Made by a program: the position numbers and the translations under genes
Assembly: GCA_037447605.1 (NCBI GenBank)
Contig: CM074809.1
Span: 2,904,689-2,968,688, forward strand
Reading direction: 5' to 3'
DNA length: 64,000 bases
Source of the DNA: Zygnema circumcarinatum SAG 698-1b
Lineage: Eukaryota; Plantae; Zygnematophyceae
Shown here: positions 61,582-64,000 of the stretch, one piece after another
Layout of the letters: every line of letters begins with the position of its first letter
Position numbering within the stretch: the first letter of the stretch is position 1
The notes under the pieces: model-generated
Databases searched by the model: none
The model's input: only the letters and a program-made list of their open reading frames with translations
What the model was told of the DNA's origin: nothing

Positions 61582-63509
61582 CTAAGACTCCATGTTTTCA
61601 TCCACTGCGGCGCAACACAAATCGTCCCCGTTAACATGGAACAGCACACGATGGGAATTGGCCAGGGGTGTCCTGGGACGAGGCAGGCCTGGTGGAAGGA
61701 TGGTCGCCCTTCGGGAAGTCTGTTTTGGAGAGCTGGGAGGCGAAGTAGATGATGACTTTTTCGGAGTACTTTGGAAAAGGGGTGCTGCAATTTTCCGCAG
61801 TTCCGCCAAACCAATCCTGGCCTCCATAGGTCGTGGCGGTTGCCTTGGTGCAGCAGGAATGGCAATCCGGCCAGGACCAGCAGCCTCAGCCGCCACTGCT
61901 GCTGCTGTAGCAGCCTCTGCAGAGCTGCATCAGATGATAATAAACTGTAAATAGCGGCATACGAAGATAAATGCAGTTTCATTTAAGAGCAAAACCTGTA
62001 TATGCCGTTTCGCTTTTTGCCGATTCTTTATGCAGCCGGACAATGTGACTATGGTCTAAGGTTATGAACACTTCAACCACGCTGGTCTCCTATATGCAGA
62101 CCTCCACATCTAGACTCATCGGGTCTTTCTGCTTCATGAAGTGAAGGTGACAGGCTGTCCTGGTTTCTGGGGCCGTCATATGCTGAAGCTTGGCGAAACT
62201 CAGCTGTGAAAGTCCTATTCACTAATTGAATTAGAAAAAGATCTCCCTTTCTACCCCTAATATGCTGCTTGGTAATTCGATATATGCTCATCTGCAATGA
62301 GCAGAGATCTTGCTCTATTCTATGTGGACGGACAATAGAATGGGTTGAGATGTACCATTTATATAGCATTGCTCGTGAGCACTTGTTGAGCGCATTTCGT
62401 GGGTCCTGTCGGTGATGATGATCAGGGGTAGTGTAGTTGAAGTGTAGCAACCGGGCGATAGTTGCCTGAATGAGCATGGAAATAAAGCACAGTCAGGTCA
62501 CAAATGCATCAAATTCACGAATGAGTGTCAAAATTTAACGATGCAACTGTAAAAAGTATGTCATGCAGAAGTTGCTCACAACACTCAAAGTAAGCCACAT
62601 GAGCTTAAGAGCTTCCAAAAGTTTTTCTGATGCAGAGACACTGGGCTATGGAACTCACCGCCTCTCGCATCCTTTTGCACACAAAGAAGGAAACCCGCAA
62701 CTCACTGTGTGTGAGACAACAAACAATGCGAATCTGCAACCAGCAAACGTACCCAGCAAACGACTCAGTGCTTGTCTCGCCTTCCTGTCGTGTTTTGTGA
62801 AAGTAGAATTTTGGCCTTGCCAAAGCTGCTTCTCATCCTTTTTGCAAGTTGACAATGGACGCGGAGATCAGCCTAAGTCATTCAATCCAGAAAGCTGTGC
62901 CAGTGCAAAGCCTTTGCAAAAATCATACTATTCTGGACAGAAAACTGAGTAGGACTCCGGGGCTGGGCTCTGGGCTCCACAAACTGGCTAGGCTGGACAT
63001 ACCAGCATCTCAAGGGGCAGACTATCAAAATTGGTTTCCGGCTCCAAGGCTGAAGCATTTATGTCTTCTTCACGAGTTTCCTCTCTTGTCATGGTAGCTT
63101 CTGGCTCAGTTTCTCTAGTGACACGCAAGGCCTGATTCTCGTCCTCGGATGGTTGTGGAATCCTAGGTGCAAAATACTTCTTCCTCTGTCCATTTATCGG
63201 TGTACAGAATGGTGGTAGAGAGAGAGATCTTTCTGATTGTGCTATCCTCGAAGTCTGAGCGGAGTCCCTTCCAAGCATTCCGGCCGTTTCCTCACATCTC
63301 GGACGCTTTCTCCCTCTGCCATTTCCAGCCCTTACATTCCTTGCTGCATCTCTTAACTGAGCAAGAGTTCCAGGACGCAAGTACTTCGAAACCCTTGAGC
63401 TATTGTTCTGTGTTCCAAGTGAACTATGAGAAGACTGCAGTCCTGCAACCTTGCTGGATCCGCTATTGATCCGGCAATAAAGCTTAGAAGTTTCCCCTTC
63501 CAAGGCCAT
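61582..63509 (-). CDS. F-box protein, At4g35930-like, about 344 aa
   Basis: Exons: 63509-63003, 62733-62659, 62465-62356, 61924-61582. Motifs KYLRPGTLAQLR, SLPLEMLIRIVCCL, ARLLHFNYTTPD, IPAAPRQPPRP, LAELRKIAAPLFQ, RVLF...DDLC. The start codon and the last acceptor are less certain. Confidence 0.85.
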
Positions 63510-64000
63510 AGTTGTTACTCCCTGCTTAAGGCCTATGGTGGATTCGAATGCACTGTCGTTCTCTGGCCCAGTTAGGTCTACGTCTGAGTCCACACAGGAA
63601 CGGCAGGTTCCTATTGACTGCTTGGGCCCCCTTCAGAGACCGTGTCTCCCTGTCGTGGACAATGACCCAAGGGTTGAAGGGCTTGCAAGCTCTGCGTCGT
63701 CAAAGAACCCAACTATAAGTTTACATACAAAGACAGGAACAGAACTGAGTGGGGGGAATTAGATTTCCCAAAAGAATGCCAAATCAGCAGCACGCTCCAC
63801 ACGCAAAAAAGCAGGAGAACCGCAAATTAGCATGACATCAAAGTCTAAAATTTTTAGAAATAGTCGCCCTAGCACGTGCGTCTGTTGGGCAAGCCAACAC
63901 ATCTGACGGAGAAAATAAATTACAACTACGAGAAAGCTCCCCTGAGCAGAAGTTCCTCAGAAGCCATATCCAAGCAAGGCTGTACCTCAAGGTCCTCAAG

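Noticed and set aside
63535-64000. Additional upstream coding exon for the F-box gene
   Set aside because: There is an in-frame TGA near 63635 and no ATG between the acceptor-like site near 63715 and 63509; interpreted as 5'UTR and intron.

Overview
Eukaryotic, intron-rich nuclear DNA from a green plant. It is probably a streptophyte alga or other non-seed lineage (inferred from plant-type genes with divergent proteins). I assembled ten spliced protein-coding genes by hand, and their exon phases close: VPS8 (-, 3' end runs off the window), PCD (+), an RNP1-like hnRNP (-), SBH sphinganine C4-hydroxylase (+), PIR/CYFIP (-, 29 exons), NRDE2 (-), a cytochrome b561 (-), an orphan 7TM protein (-), a CAAX/Abi protease-family protein (+) and an At4g35930-like F-box protein (-). 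No tRNA, rRNA or CRISPR array was seen. The main highlights are: (1) a 387-aa 7TM protein with motifs resembling plant RGS1 and class C/GABA-B receptors, ending in a coiled coil instead of an RGS box; (2) tandem SBP-box/CuRE (GTAC) arrays upstream of the cytochrome b561 gene and directly upstream of an unexplained plus-strand TATA promoter; (3) a U12-type AT-AC intron in CYFIP; (4) an intact 580-bp MITE in an NRDE2 intron; (5) a ~900-bp almost pure pyrimidine tract in a PCD intron; (6) a degenerate dispersed repeat family in intergenic regions. All homology calls are by-eye comparisons with family sequences recalled from memory; no searches were run.
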